Assembly (NCBI GenBank): GCA_015494465.1
Contig: WGBD01000001.1
Span: 180,477-244,476 of the forward strand
Direction: 5' to 3'
Source: Candidatus Omnitrophota bacterium
GTDB taxonomy: Bacteria > Omnitrophota > Gorgyraeia > S143-82
DNA: 64,000 nucleotides
A program made the position numbers and the translations under genes. Numbering within the stretch: the first letter of the stretch is position 1; each line of letters begins with the position of its first letter. The notes under the pieces are model-generated. The model ran no database searches and had not been told where the DNA came from. It saw nothing but the letters and a program-made list of their open reading frames with translations. Of the stretch, positions 41,417 through 48,628 are shown piece by piece.

Positions 41417-41659
41417 TTAATTATTGTTTATCCGAAGAACTCCTTTGGTAGGACCTCCACCTCCGGAAATATCATCCGCGCTAACTTCGCCAAAGACCGA
41501 GACCACCGCAGATCGATTGCGACCCAATAATATAGATTTAAACAAATTGGCCATGACTACGATACCCATTATTACCGCAACACTTAGTACCATGTATTCT
41601 ATAAAACTAAAACCTCTACGGTCGTTATCGTGCAACGATCTACTCTGCATCCTTACCAT
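41417..41659 (-). CDS. Flp/pseudopilin-like small protein with class III signal peptide (G/FSFIEY)
   Basis: The ORF track extends it to 41779, overlapping the upstream gene. The internal ATG at 41659 gives MVRMQSRSLHDNDRRG|FSFIEYMVLSVAVIMGIVVMANLF, a G-X4-EY prepilin motif followed by a hydrophobic helix. Confidence 0.5.
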   Translation of the reverse strand: MVRMQSRSLHDNDRRGFSFIEYMVLSVAVIMGIVVMANLFKSILLGRNRSAVVSVFGEVSADDISGGGGPTKGVLRINNN

Positions 41660-41670
41660 AAACGCCGTCC

Positions 41671-43344
41671 TTAATTGCCTTGGATCCACCAATTGTTCGT
41701 AGTTGGACCTCTGTGCTTTTTTGCGTAATATCGAGCCCGGGTAGTAAAGCAATAGCCATTCCTGCAAGCCCTTACCCATACCACTTGCTTACAACGCTTC
41801 ACCTTTATCTTAACCTTGGTAAGTTTCTTCTTGACCTTTATCTTAGGCATCTTGAAACTCACTCTCACCTCAAGAGAGTGACGCCTCCCTAACTTATCCC
41901 TCCAAGAATATCTAAAATCATTACCCCCGACAGCATAACTTCCCTCACCAAATGCTTTCATAAGGAGGTCCCTATACTTATTTTCTATCTGGTTTATCCT
42001 GTCCATAAACCTATCCATAGAGCTGGAAAAGGCCATCAGACTAGCGATCAAACGCTCCTTGAGTTTGGTATACTGCCACTCAGTCATATATACATCTTCT
42101 CCCTTGCTGGTTCTCTCGTATATATCTCTAAGCATCTCTAAATAATTACTCCCATGTACGAACTTCTCTGCGTGGCTTCCTACCATTAAAGGACTTACCG
42201 TTGAATTAGAGACCACCTTTACGCGCCCATACCTGCGGATTTCCTTCCAACCACTCCCCGGTCCAAACGAACGAACTCGCTGAATACTATATGTACCTTT
42301 TAGATCACTATTTCTTATCGTGTCGACAGCGATATTAACGAAGCGCTTCATCCGCTCAAAATCCCGCGAGAACTGACCATCCTCGTCCTGCTCCTCAGGA
42401 TCCCAGTCTTTAATAACCTGCAGAGCCTGGACTGGGTCTACCTCTTTTTTAGCTAGGGCCCACATCAACCCCGCTAGGCTCATCTCTGGATTGGTTCCTG
42501 CCCCGCCATATAGTACCGCACGAAGGTAATCAAAGCTCGAGAGACTAAGAACGGGGTTGACTTCATCTTCGTCCGGCTCTATTGCTTCCGTATAATAAGC
42601 AGGCTGATCCATGTTAGTCCCTGCCAGCTTATCCCACAAGCTTAAGGCCTCAAGGAGATCTTCTATCCACCCTCCTTTACCAGGTGAACCAGCATACCCA
42701 GGCAAGCCGGAGTAATAATAGTAAGCCTTTATGATCTCTTTTCTCATTGATCCCAGAACGCCGTCTAATCCGCCATTATTATTACTCCCTGCGGATCCAT
42801 TTATAGCTGCCTCCAGGGCTTCGCTCAGTTGGGGAATAACTTCTGGATCAGCCAAGAGCTGTGCCACATAAGAGATAGTACTCCAACGAAGAACATCCCT
42901 CACGTTGGATAATCGTTTAAAGGCAGCCCTGAGCCTTTTGACAGCCGCATTCGTAACGACCTCATCCGCTACGAATGTAGCCAAACCTGTTGTTGAAATG
43001 GCTAAGGCCCAATTAAGACCTACTATGCCGAACCCCCCTAAGAAGCCACCTAATATAGACAGCCCTAGGCCTACAATAGCACCCCACCTCCTCTTTTTCT
43101 TCTTACACTTACACTTCAGATACTTACAAGCCAAGTAATGGGCATAACTGCCCACTATTGATCCCAAATACATCGCCCCTGCATCGGCGGCTATTTTGGC
43201 CTTGGTCTGGAAGTATTTTTTCTGGGCATAGAATATCCCTACAGAACCGAGAAAGAACATAACCGCCATAACTAACAGCAGTACAGCCGCTATCTGCCCA
43301 GTCTTCTTCTTCAAGCCATAGGGCATTATGTCACTTATCCTCAT
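41671..43344 (-). CDS. TadG-like pilus-associated protein with N-terminal pseudopilin-type anchor and Cys/Lys-rich segments
   Basis: 557 aa. The N-terminus KKKTGQIAAVLLLVMAVMFFLGSV resembles the TadE/TadG N-terminal domain. It also has unusual CKYLKCKCKKKKRRW and C-terminal KRCKQVVWVRACRNGYCF cysteine clusters. Confidence 0.45.
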   Translation of the reverse strand: MRISDIMPYGLKKKTGQIAAVLLLVMAVMFFLGSVGIFYAQKKYFQTKAKIAADAGAMYLGSIVGSYAHYLACKYLKCKCKKKKRRWGAIVGLGLSILGGFLGGFGIVGLNWALAISTTGLATFVADEVVTNAAVKRLRAAFKRLSNVRDVLRWSTISYVAQLLADPEVIPQLSEALEAAINGSAGSNNNGGLDGVLGSMRKEIIKAYYYYSGLPGYAGSPGKGGWIEDLLEALSLWDKLAGTNMDQPAYYTEAIEPDEDEVNPVLSLSSFDYLRAVLYGGAGTNPEMSLAGLMWALAKKEVDPVQALQVIKDWDPEEQDEDGQFSRDFERMKRFVNIAVDTIRNSDLKGTYSIQRVRSFGPGSGWKEIRRYGRVKVVSNSTVSPLMVGSHAEKFVHGSNYLEMLRDIYERTSKGEDVYMTEWQYTKLKERLIASLMAFSSSMDRFMDRINQIENKYRDLLMKAFGEGSYAVGGNDFRYSWRDKLGRRHSLEVRVSFKMPKIKVKKKLTKVKIKVKRCKQVVWVRACRNGYCFTTRARYYAKKHRGPTTNNWWIQGN

Positions 43345-43583
43345 CTCCGATCCTTCCTAAACTCATAAAAGGAAGAGCCCTTATAAGGCAAAGAAATCCT
43401 CGGCAAGCTACTCCCAGGAATCCGGCGATAAAAGATTAACCTGTACGCCCGAAAGCGCTTGTTCATATCAAACGACACCCAACTTATAAAAGAAACCATA
43501 GCGCTTACGAAAAGCGCCAATACTGCAACCGCTATTATGGTATCCAATAACACCTGTCCTTCGTTACCACGAGAAACTCTCAT
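43341..43583 (-). CDS. TadE-like minor pilin / pseudopilin (short)
   Basis: The internal start gives MRVSRGNEGQVLLDTIIAVAVLALFVSAMVSF, a class III-like signal plus hydrophobic helix. The longer track ORF (to 43631) overlaps the upstream gene by 68 nt. Confidence 0.45.
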   Translation of the reverse strand: MRVSRGNEGQVLLDTIIAVAVLALFVSAMVSFISWVSFDMNKRFRAYRLIFYRRIPGSSLPRISLPYKGSSFYEFRKDRR

Positions 43584-44532
43584 CTCCACTACTCCACTCG
43601 TAGCTTTTTGTGCCAGTCCTACTCTCCACATCCCTGTGAATCGTGTAGGGCCCTGTAATCCTCAGCCTCCCGTGGTCACCGTTCACTACAATCTCTGCAG
43701 AGCGTTTATCTCTTTCCACATAATTGTTCCTAAACAGACCCGATAAAGAGTCAAGATCACCCCGCCAGCTCTCGTGCTCAAGATAGTTTATGAGAGAAGA
43801 AATCTCCCCTGGCACATAAGAACCATAGGCAGAATAGAGGACATCCTTCAACTTTTGGAGTTGGTGCTGCCTTTCCCCTGGCGAAAGATTTGCAAAGCTC
43901 CTTTGCACTCCATCCCACTGCTCTAGCCAGTGCCTCACCCTCTGATATACATAACTATCTGCCCCAAAGTCATCCTCTATTCTTTCCAATATCTTCCCTT
44001 CGCGATTCGCTATCTCCTCGTCCGGGGACACGCTTAAAACCAAAAACTGCCCTTCTCTTCCCCGGAGATCGCTCGGCAGCAGTCCTGCTATATTGGGAGG
44101 AGGTAAACCTACTAATTGCCGAGATACATTTTTGCCATCCATGATTATCTTTACTAATGTGGCAGGTTGATCGGGATCGTCGTCGTGCTCCTTCCAGAAC
44201 ATATTCCATGACCAGATAGCACTTGCGGTATCTCTAATTTCACGATAAGCGGGGAAGAAAATATTCAACAGAGATGGGACCCTTCTGTGCTCTATAGCGA
44301 TTTGCATTACTGGTGCCCCTGTGGTCCCCGCGCTAGCGGCAAACTTAACGGTCTCCACAAAATTCCTAATCATCAAATCCTGACGATATACCAAAACAAG
44401 GACATACGAGACGAAAACCGAAGCGATCATCAGTATTATAGTGCCCCAGATAGACAGCTCTACTAAGGCCTGCCCCCCACACGGCTTTGTTCCTCGTACG
44501 GCTGGATCATATCGATGCCTCATATGTCTCAC
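43564..44532 (-). CDS. TadE/TadF-like pseudopilin with large C-terminal domain
   Basis: 322 aa. ...KPCGG|QALVELSIWGTIILMIASVFV matches the TadE N-terminal consensus (G-x-A-x-VE + TM helix). Confidence 0.5.
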   Translation of the reverse strand: MRHMRHRYDPAVRGTKPCGGQALVELSIWGTIILMIASVFVSYVLVLVYRQDLMIRNFVETVKFAASAGTTGAPVMQIAIEHRRVPSLLNIFFPAYREIRDTASAIWSWNMFWKEHDDDPDQPATLVKIIMDGKNVSRQLVGLPPPNIAGLLPSDLRGREGQFLVLSVSPDEEIANREGKILERIEDDFGADSYVYQRVRHWLEQWDGVQRSFANLSPGERQHQLQKLKDVLYSAYGSYVPGEISSLINYLEHESWRGDLDSLSGLFRNNYVERDKRSAEIVVNGDHGRLRITGPYTIHRDVESRTGTKSYEWSSGDESFSW

Positions 44533-44875
44533 TCACCGTCTCCTTCACTTCTTCATTAGCACTTACATGTTCGAGAAGGTCAGAGCTAGCAGCTCCTTCG
44601 TTAACGGGAACAAAATTATGGTATGTAACGACATTCCTGGAGATAGTGCGCTTATATTGAACAGTTCCATCCTTTCCGAAGGGCTTATGTCCCAAACTGG
44701 AGATGAGGCTGTATATCCTGCCTGCAGAAGAGCGTTTCAGGTAAGGCATCATCAACATCACTGCTGCGGTTATCACCATTATAAGCACGGTAATCTCTAC
44801 CGCCGTCTGTCCTCCGCTGTCTCTTTCACATAGACTCTCTAATCGTATTGGATGTCGAAGAGGTAGTCTCAACAT
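44507..44875 (-). CDS. flp: Flp-family pilin paralog (long leader; start uncertain)
   Basis: ...RDSGG|QTAVEITVLIMVITAAVMLM: G/XXXXE motif followed by a hydrophobic helix. The 5' end overlaps the upstream pilin by 50 nt, so the true start may be internal or non-ATG. Confidence 0.5.
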   Translation of the reverse strand: MLRLPLRHPIRLESLCERDSGGQTAVEITVLIMVITAAVMLMMPYLKRSSAGRIYSLISSLGHKPFGKDGTVQYKRTISRNVVTYHNFVPVNEGAASSDLLEHVSANEEVKETVSETYEASI

Positions 44876-45146
44876 ATCTTGCGTGCCCTTCAGATATCTG
44901 GAACTTGCTTACGGTGGTTTGTTTCACTCCGGAAACGGTATTCTCGTTTATCGTGACCCCAATCTCTGCTTCGTCTATCGACTCAACTCGTTGAGTTTTC
45001 AATCCAACTGCCACGAACAGGTCCCTTATCTTTGCTTGTACACCGCGACGATAATAGGTCTGCATAGCAAATATCGCTCCCACAATCGCCAATACCAGGA
45101 CCGCGTACTCAGCTATGCTCTGTCCCGACTTTTCCCCTGCCCGCAT
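44826..45146 (-). CDS. flp: Flp-family pilin paralog (106 aa)
   Basis: MRAGEKSG|QSIAEYAVLVLAIVGAIFAM: a canonical class III signal with E+5, Y+6. Confidence 0.65.
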   Translation of the reverse strand: MRAGEKSGQSIAEYAVLVLAIVGAIFAMQTYYRRGVQAKIRDLFVAVGLKTQRVESIDEAEIGVTINENTVSGVKQTTVSKFQISEGHARYVETTSSTSNTIRESM

Positions 45147-45151
45147 TTATC

Positions 45152-45328
45152 CTATTCTCCTACCCTAATATCGGCGGTTTTGGAGATATCCCTAATCACA
45201 GCTGAAAACTTACCCCGAGCAGAATATAAAACCAAAATAAGGGCTGCGCAGACCGCCCCAACAAAGAGGGCATACTCAACTACTGCTTGCCCAGGAGATC
45301 GCCTACGCCATCTCTTACCAATTCGCAC
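45152..45328 (-). CDS. flp: Flp-family pilin paralog (about 58 aa, probable GTG start)
   Basis: The track ORF 45152..45427 overlaps the upstream gene by 113 nt. An in-frame GTG at 45328 gives (M)RIGKRWRRRSPG|QAVVEYALFVGAVCAALILV, matching the family leader pattern. Confidence 0.45.
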   Translation of the reverse strand: MRIGKRWRRRSPGQAVVEYALFVGAVCAALILVLYSARGKFSAVIRDISKTADIRVGE

Positions 45329-45662
45329 CTTCGGTAATAGATTGTAAGTTGTCAACTTTGACCCCATTGTACCACTCCGTCTGATTGCTCTCGAAAGTAG
45401 TATAGTCTGTACGCTTCTCACCCCCACTGTAGGTCGTCTGGGTGGTTACAGACTCAGTATCAAATTCCTTGTGATATACAACCTGACTCTGACTTGCATC
45501 AGAGTAATCCCACAACTTACCTCCGCCTATCTTCTCGGCAGATTCCCGAGACTTTCCTTGAATAGCCCGCTTAAGATACCCCTGCATGAGGAAGATTGCC
45601 ACTGCGACTATCATGAATAGCACCACGACCTCTATAGTGGATTGCCCTTTTCTCATGGCCAT
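45315..45662 (-). CDS. flp: Flp-family pilin paralog (115 aa)
   Basis: MAMRKG|QSTIEVVVLFMIVAVAIFLM. Confidence 0.6.
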   Translation of the reverse strand: MAMRKGQSTIEVVVLFMIVAVAIFLMQGYLKRAIQGKSRESAEKIGGGKLWDYSDASQSQVVYHKEFDTESVTTQTTYSGGEKRTDYTTFESNQTEWYNGVKVDNLQSITEGANW

Positions 45663-45691
45663 ACCTCCCTTTTCAGGTTATCCTGATCAGA

Positions 45692-46057
45692 TCAATAATT
45701 CCCGAGGGCATCGTCCCCTTCTTGGACTTCATAACTACCCGATTCGTATTCCACATGTGAAAACTGGTTGCTAAGGGCATTTATGTTCTTATCCAAAACT
45801 ACTTGGGAGTTCTGCACTACCTGTTGGTTTATGTTCTTCGTTTCGTAATAAGGCACATACTGAAACTTATCGCCTGCCCCCATACCCAAGGCATTTCGCA
45901 TCATATGTACCATACTATCTTTTTGCCTGGCCTGCAGTGCCCTCTTCACATATAACTGCATAGCCACCGCTGCACCGATGATTATGGCAAACAAGGTAGC
46001 GTATTCCGCTACGCTCTGCCCTCTTTTACTGGACAAGTTCATGAAAGCCATGGCCAA
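45692..46057 (-). CDS. flp: Flp-family pilin paralog (121 aa)
   Basis: ...SSKRG|QSVAEYATLFAIIIGAAVAM. Confidence 0.65.
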   Translation of the reverse strand: MAMAFMNLSSKRGQSVAEYATLFAIIIGAAVAMQLYVKRALQARQKDSMVHMMRNALGMGAGDKFQYVPYYETKNINQQVVQNSQVVLDKNINALSNQFSHVEYESGSYEVQEGDDALGNY

Positions 46058-46073
46058 CCTCCTCTTTAAGAAT

Positions 46074-46240
46074 TAGTTATTACTGCTAGGCGGACTAGTA
46101 TCCACCATTTTACTGAATAAAGCCATCCTGCCATTCACCGCCCGCATAGCGAACTGATACATCACCGTAAAGGCGGCGGCTACTATGAGGAATAAGACCA
46201 CATATTCTGCCATGCTTTGACCTATCTTCCCCACTCTCAT
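46074..46240 (-). CDS. flp: Flp-family pilin paralog (55 aa, not in ORF track)
   Basis: Hand translation: MRVGKIG|QSMAEYVVLFLIVAAAFTVMYQFAMRAVNGRMALFSKMVDTSPPSSNN. Its ATG overlaps the TGA of the upstream gene (ATGA). Confidence 0.6.
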
Positions 46241-46380
46241 GGGCACTTGCTCCCTTTGGTCAAGTCCGCGTGCACGCAGGAATCCATCTTAACAAAGAAC
46301 GAGGTTATTGCCCCAACCGCTGCTGCCACGAAGAGACTCATTATTATTGCGTATTCTAACAAGCTTTGCCCCTTAGACAT
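46237..46380 (-). CDS. flp: Flp-family pilin paralog (47 aa, not in ORF track)
   Basis: Hand translation: MSKG|QSLLEYAIIMSLFVAAAVGAITSFFVKMDSCVHADLTKGSKCP. It starts 2 nt after the stop of the upstream pilin. Confidence 0.6.
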   Translation of the reverse strand: MSKGQSLLEYAIIMSLFVAAAVGAITSFFVKMDSCVHADLTKGSKCP

Positions 46381-46382
46381 AT

Positions 46383-46721
46383 TCATTGAAACAACTTCTC
46401 TTTGTTCAATACATCGAACTCTTTATCCTCGACTCGATTTTCTACATAATAATCGTACGTCTTTGTCTCCACACCTCCCTTGCTCATAGTGATGCTATAT
46501 TCTGCCTTCACATTCTGCACCACATTGAATTTTGTCACATGGTCCGGGCTAAATTGCTCACCCACACTATCTCCGCTTTCTTTTAATCGAGCCATTATAG
46601 CCCTTCTAACAAAGCGGTTCATGGTAAGCACAGCAGCAGCAACAATCATAATAAGCACCACTATCTCTATGGCAGATTGTCCCTTCCTTCTCAATGCTTT
46701 TTTTGAAGCCCTTCCAACCAT
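46383..46721 (-). CDS. flp: Flp-family pilin paralog (112 aa)
   Basis: MVGRASKKALRRKG|QSAIEIVVLIMIVAAAVLTM. Confidence 0.6.
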   Translation of the reverse strand: MVGRASKKALRRKGQSAIEIVVLIMIVAAAVLTMNRFVRRAIMARLKESGDSVGEQFSPDHVTKFNVVQNVKAEYSITMSKGGVETKTYDYYVENRVEDKEFDVLNKEKLFQ

Positions 46722-46747
46722 AGCTTCCTCCCCCTATCCTATTAAAC

Positions 46748-47122
46748 TTACAAAGTTTCGTTCCATCCCCAATCGCTTATATCGGTATTCCCTGCAACCC
46801 CAAGGGTGTTTTCATAACCACTGGTGATTTCCGTAACACTCTGGGTATGTGAAGCGGTCTTTCCTTCCCCGACGATGTTAACCCAACCACTCTGATTGCT
46901 CTTAGTAGTAAGTTGGGACTCTGTATAATACGGCTCGAACTGGACCGTTCCATCCAAGGTCCCATTTCCTGTGTTCACAAGGTGATTTAATACCACAAAG
47001 CGAATAGCCCCTTGCTGGCCCCTCTTTATGAAGATATTCATAGTAGTCACCGCAGCTACCACTAGGAGTATCAAGACTGCGTATTCCGCAGTGCTTTGTC
47101 CCTTTTTATCACTCAACTTCAT
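46748..47122 (-). CDS. flp: Flp-family pilin paralog (124 aa)
   Basis: MKLSDKKG|QSTAEYAVLILLVVAAVTTM. Confidence 0.65.
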   Translation of the reverse strand: MKLSDKKGQSTAEYAVLILLVVAAVTTMNIFIKRGQQGAIRFVVLNHLVNTGNGTLDGTVQFEPYYTESQLTTKSNQSGWVNIVGEGKTASHTQSVTEITSGYENTLGVAGNTDISDWGWNETL

Positions 47123-47161
47123 GGCCTCCCCTCCTTAAACTCTCCACACTCTCAAACTCCC

Positions 47162-47332
47162 TTAATTCACCTGTATCTTCCCTATAGCCTTCGTCATGTT
47201 TTCGGTTAATCCGTTGTAACTGCTTTTGACTTTTGTCTCCAACTGGGCCTTCACTATTAATATAGCTGCGATGATGCCCGCCAAGATCAAGAGGTACTCC
47301 ACTATACTCTGTCCCCTTCTGCTCCTTTTCAT
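47162..47332 (-). CDS. flp: Flp-family pilin (56 aa, first gene of array, not in ORF track)
   Basis: Hand translation: MKRSRRG|QSIVEYLLILAGIIAAILIVKAQLETKVKSSYNGLTENMTKAIGKIQVN. Canonical Flp size and motif. Confidence 0.65.
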   Translation of the reverse strand: MKRSRRGQSIVEYLLILAGIIAAILIVKAQLETKVKSSYNGLTENMTKAIGKIQVN

Positions 47333-47546
47333 GTCCCTCCTCCTCTCGTTTTGGGTCCCATCTTACTATTGCCCAATGGGTTTTGGCCCTAATTTGAATC
47401 GATTAATTAATATTTTCAAATTTCCAAATTTTAACCGCGCAGAGAAAGAGCAAGCCTAAGCCTCTCAACTGCTTATTTCAAGTATAGACGCCATCCCTTG
47501 AGAAGTCAAATTCGCCAGCGCCCCTAAACCTAAACACAACTTTAGT
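47333..47546 (-). promoter_or_regulatory. AT-rich intergenic region upstream of the pilin array (candidate promoter/operator)
   Basis: 214 nt between the hldD stop and the first flp gene. The minus strand reads ...GGTTAAAATTTGGAAATTTGAAAATATTAATTAATCGATTCAAATT..., with AAATTTG direct repeats and an ATTAATTAAT palindrome. Confidence 0.3.
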
Positions 47547-48545
47547 CTACCAGGATCGCCTCTCCCTGTCAATCACATCGTCTCCCAAGTACCGCCCTGG
47601 AATGAGGTAATTCTGTAAGTAATCCTTCACCGCCCCCCCTAAGGGAGTAATCTTTTCTAAAGAAAATCCTGCTTTCGCGAGTTTTCCCATCTCCGCACAG
47701 GTGTAGTTTTGATATTGACCTTTTAGGTCCTCCGGCATATCCACGAATTCTATCACCGGCTCCTTCCCTAGGGCGGAGAAGATCGCCTCTATGAGCTCTA
47801 ACCAGGTGTGCGGTCTTCCTGTGCCTACATTAAATATCCCCGAGGCTCCTTCTTCCGCTAGGAACCAGGTCATGGCCACCGCGTCCTTAACGTATATAAA
47901 ATCCCGCATCTGCCCACCGTCAGGGTAGCGGGGATCGGTCGACTTAAATAGGCGCACCTTTCCAGTAGCCCTTATCTGATCGTAGGCCTTGGCCACCATC
48001 GAACGCATGTCACCCTTGTGATATTCATTCGGGCCAAAGACATTGAAGTACTTTAAAACGGTTATCTTGTCCAACATCCCCGTGCGCCAGGCCCAGAGGT
48101 CGAAGAGGTGTTTGGAAAAGGCATAGCCGTTAAGCGGGCGCAACCGGGGGAGAAACCCATGATCGTCGATGAACCCACTCTCCCCCAAGCCATAGGTGGC
48201 TGCGGAAGAGGCGTGGACGAACCTTATTCCCCGTCTTAAGCACTCTTCACACAACTCCCGGGCAAAGCGATAGTTGTTCTCCAAGAGGTACTCAAAATCC
48301 GTCTCCCGGGTATCACTGCAGGCCCCCAAATTTATTACCAAATCAACCCTGTCGTCCTCCTTCAAGAAATCAAAGACTTCTCCTGGCGGGATCACATCCC
48401 TAAAAACGAGGCCACGGAGGTTCTTCCACTTCTCTGGCCTGCGGTGAAAGCTGTCAACGACGACTATCTCGTCTATCCCCTTGAGGTTCAAGTACCACAC
48501 AAGGGCACTACCTATGAACCCTGCTCCACCAGTGATTACTAGCAT
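47547..48545 (-). CDS. hldD: ADP-L-glycero-D-manno-heptose-6-epimerase
   Basis: MLVITGGAGFIGSALV NAD-binding motif, HASSAATYG, YAFSK catalytic region, and YFNVFGP..HKG all closely parallel E. coli HldD/RfaD. Confidence 0.85.
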   Translation of the reverse strand: MLVITGGAGFIGSALVWYLNLKGIDEIVVVDSFHRRPEKWKNLRGLVFRDVIPPGEVFDFLKEDDRVDLVINLGACSDTRETDFEYLLENNYRFARELCEECLRRGIRFVHASSAATYGLGESGFIDDHGFLPRLRPLNGYAFSKHLFDLWAWRTGMLDKITVLKYFNVFGPNEYHKGDMRSMVAKAYDQIRATGKVRLFKSTDPRYPDGGQMRDFIYVKDAVAMTWFLAEEGASGIFNVGTGRPHTWLELIEAIFSALGKEPVIEFVDMPEDLKGQYQNYTCAEMGKLAKAGFSLEKITPLGGAVKDYLQNYLIPGRYLGDDVIDRERRSW

Positions 48546-48628
48546 CTCCTCCTCCCGCTAACCTTTTGTTAAGGTAAAAACACAGTGATATAATAACAGA
48601 CCACATCCAAAAAGGGAAGGAGTAGGCG

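Noticed and set aside
41660-41779. N-terminal 40 codons of track ORF 41417..41779
   Set aside because: It overlaps the 3' end of the TadG-like gene by 109 nt. The internal ATG at 41659 gives a clean class III signal peptide immediately after the upstream stop.
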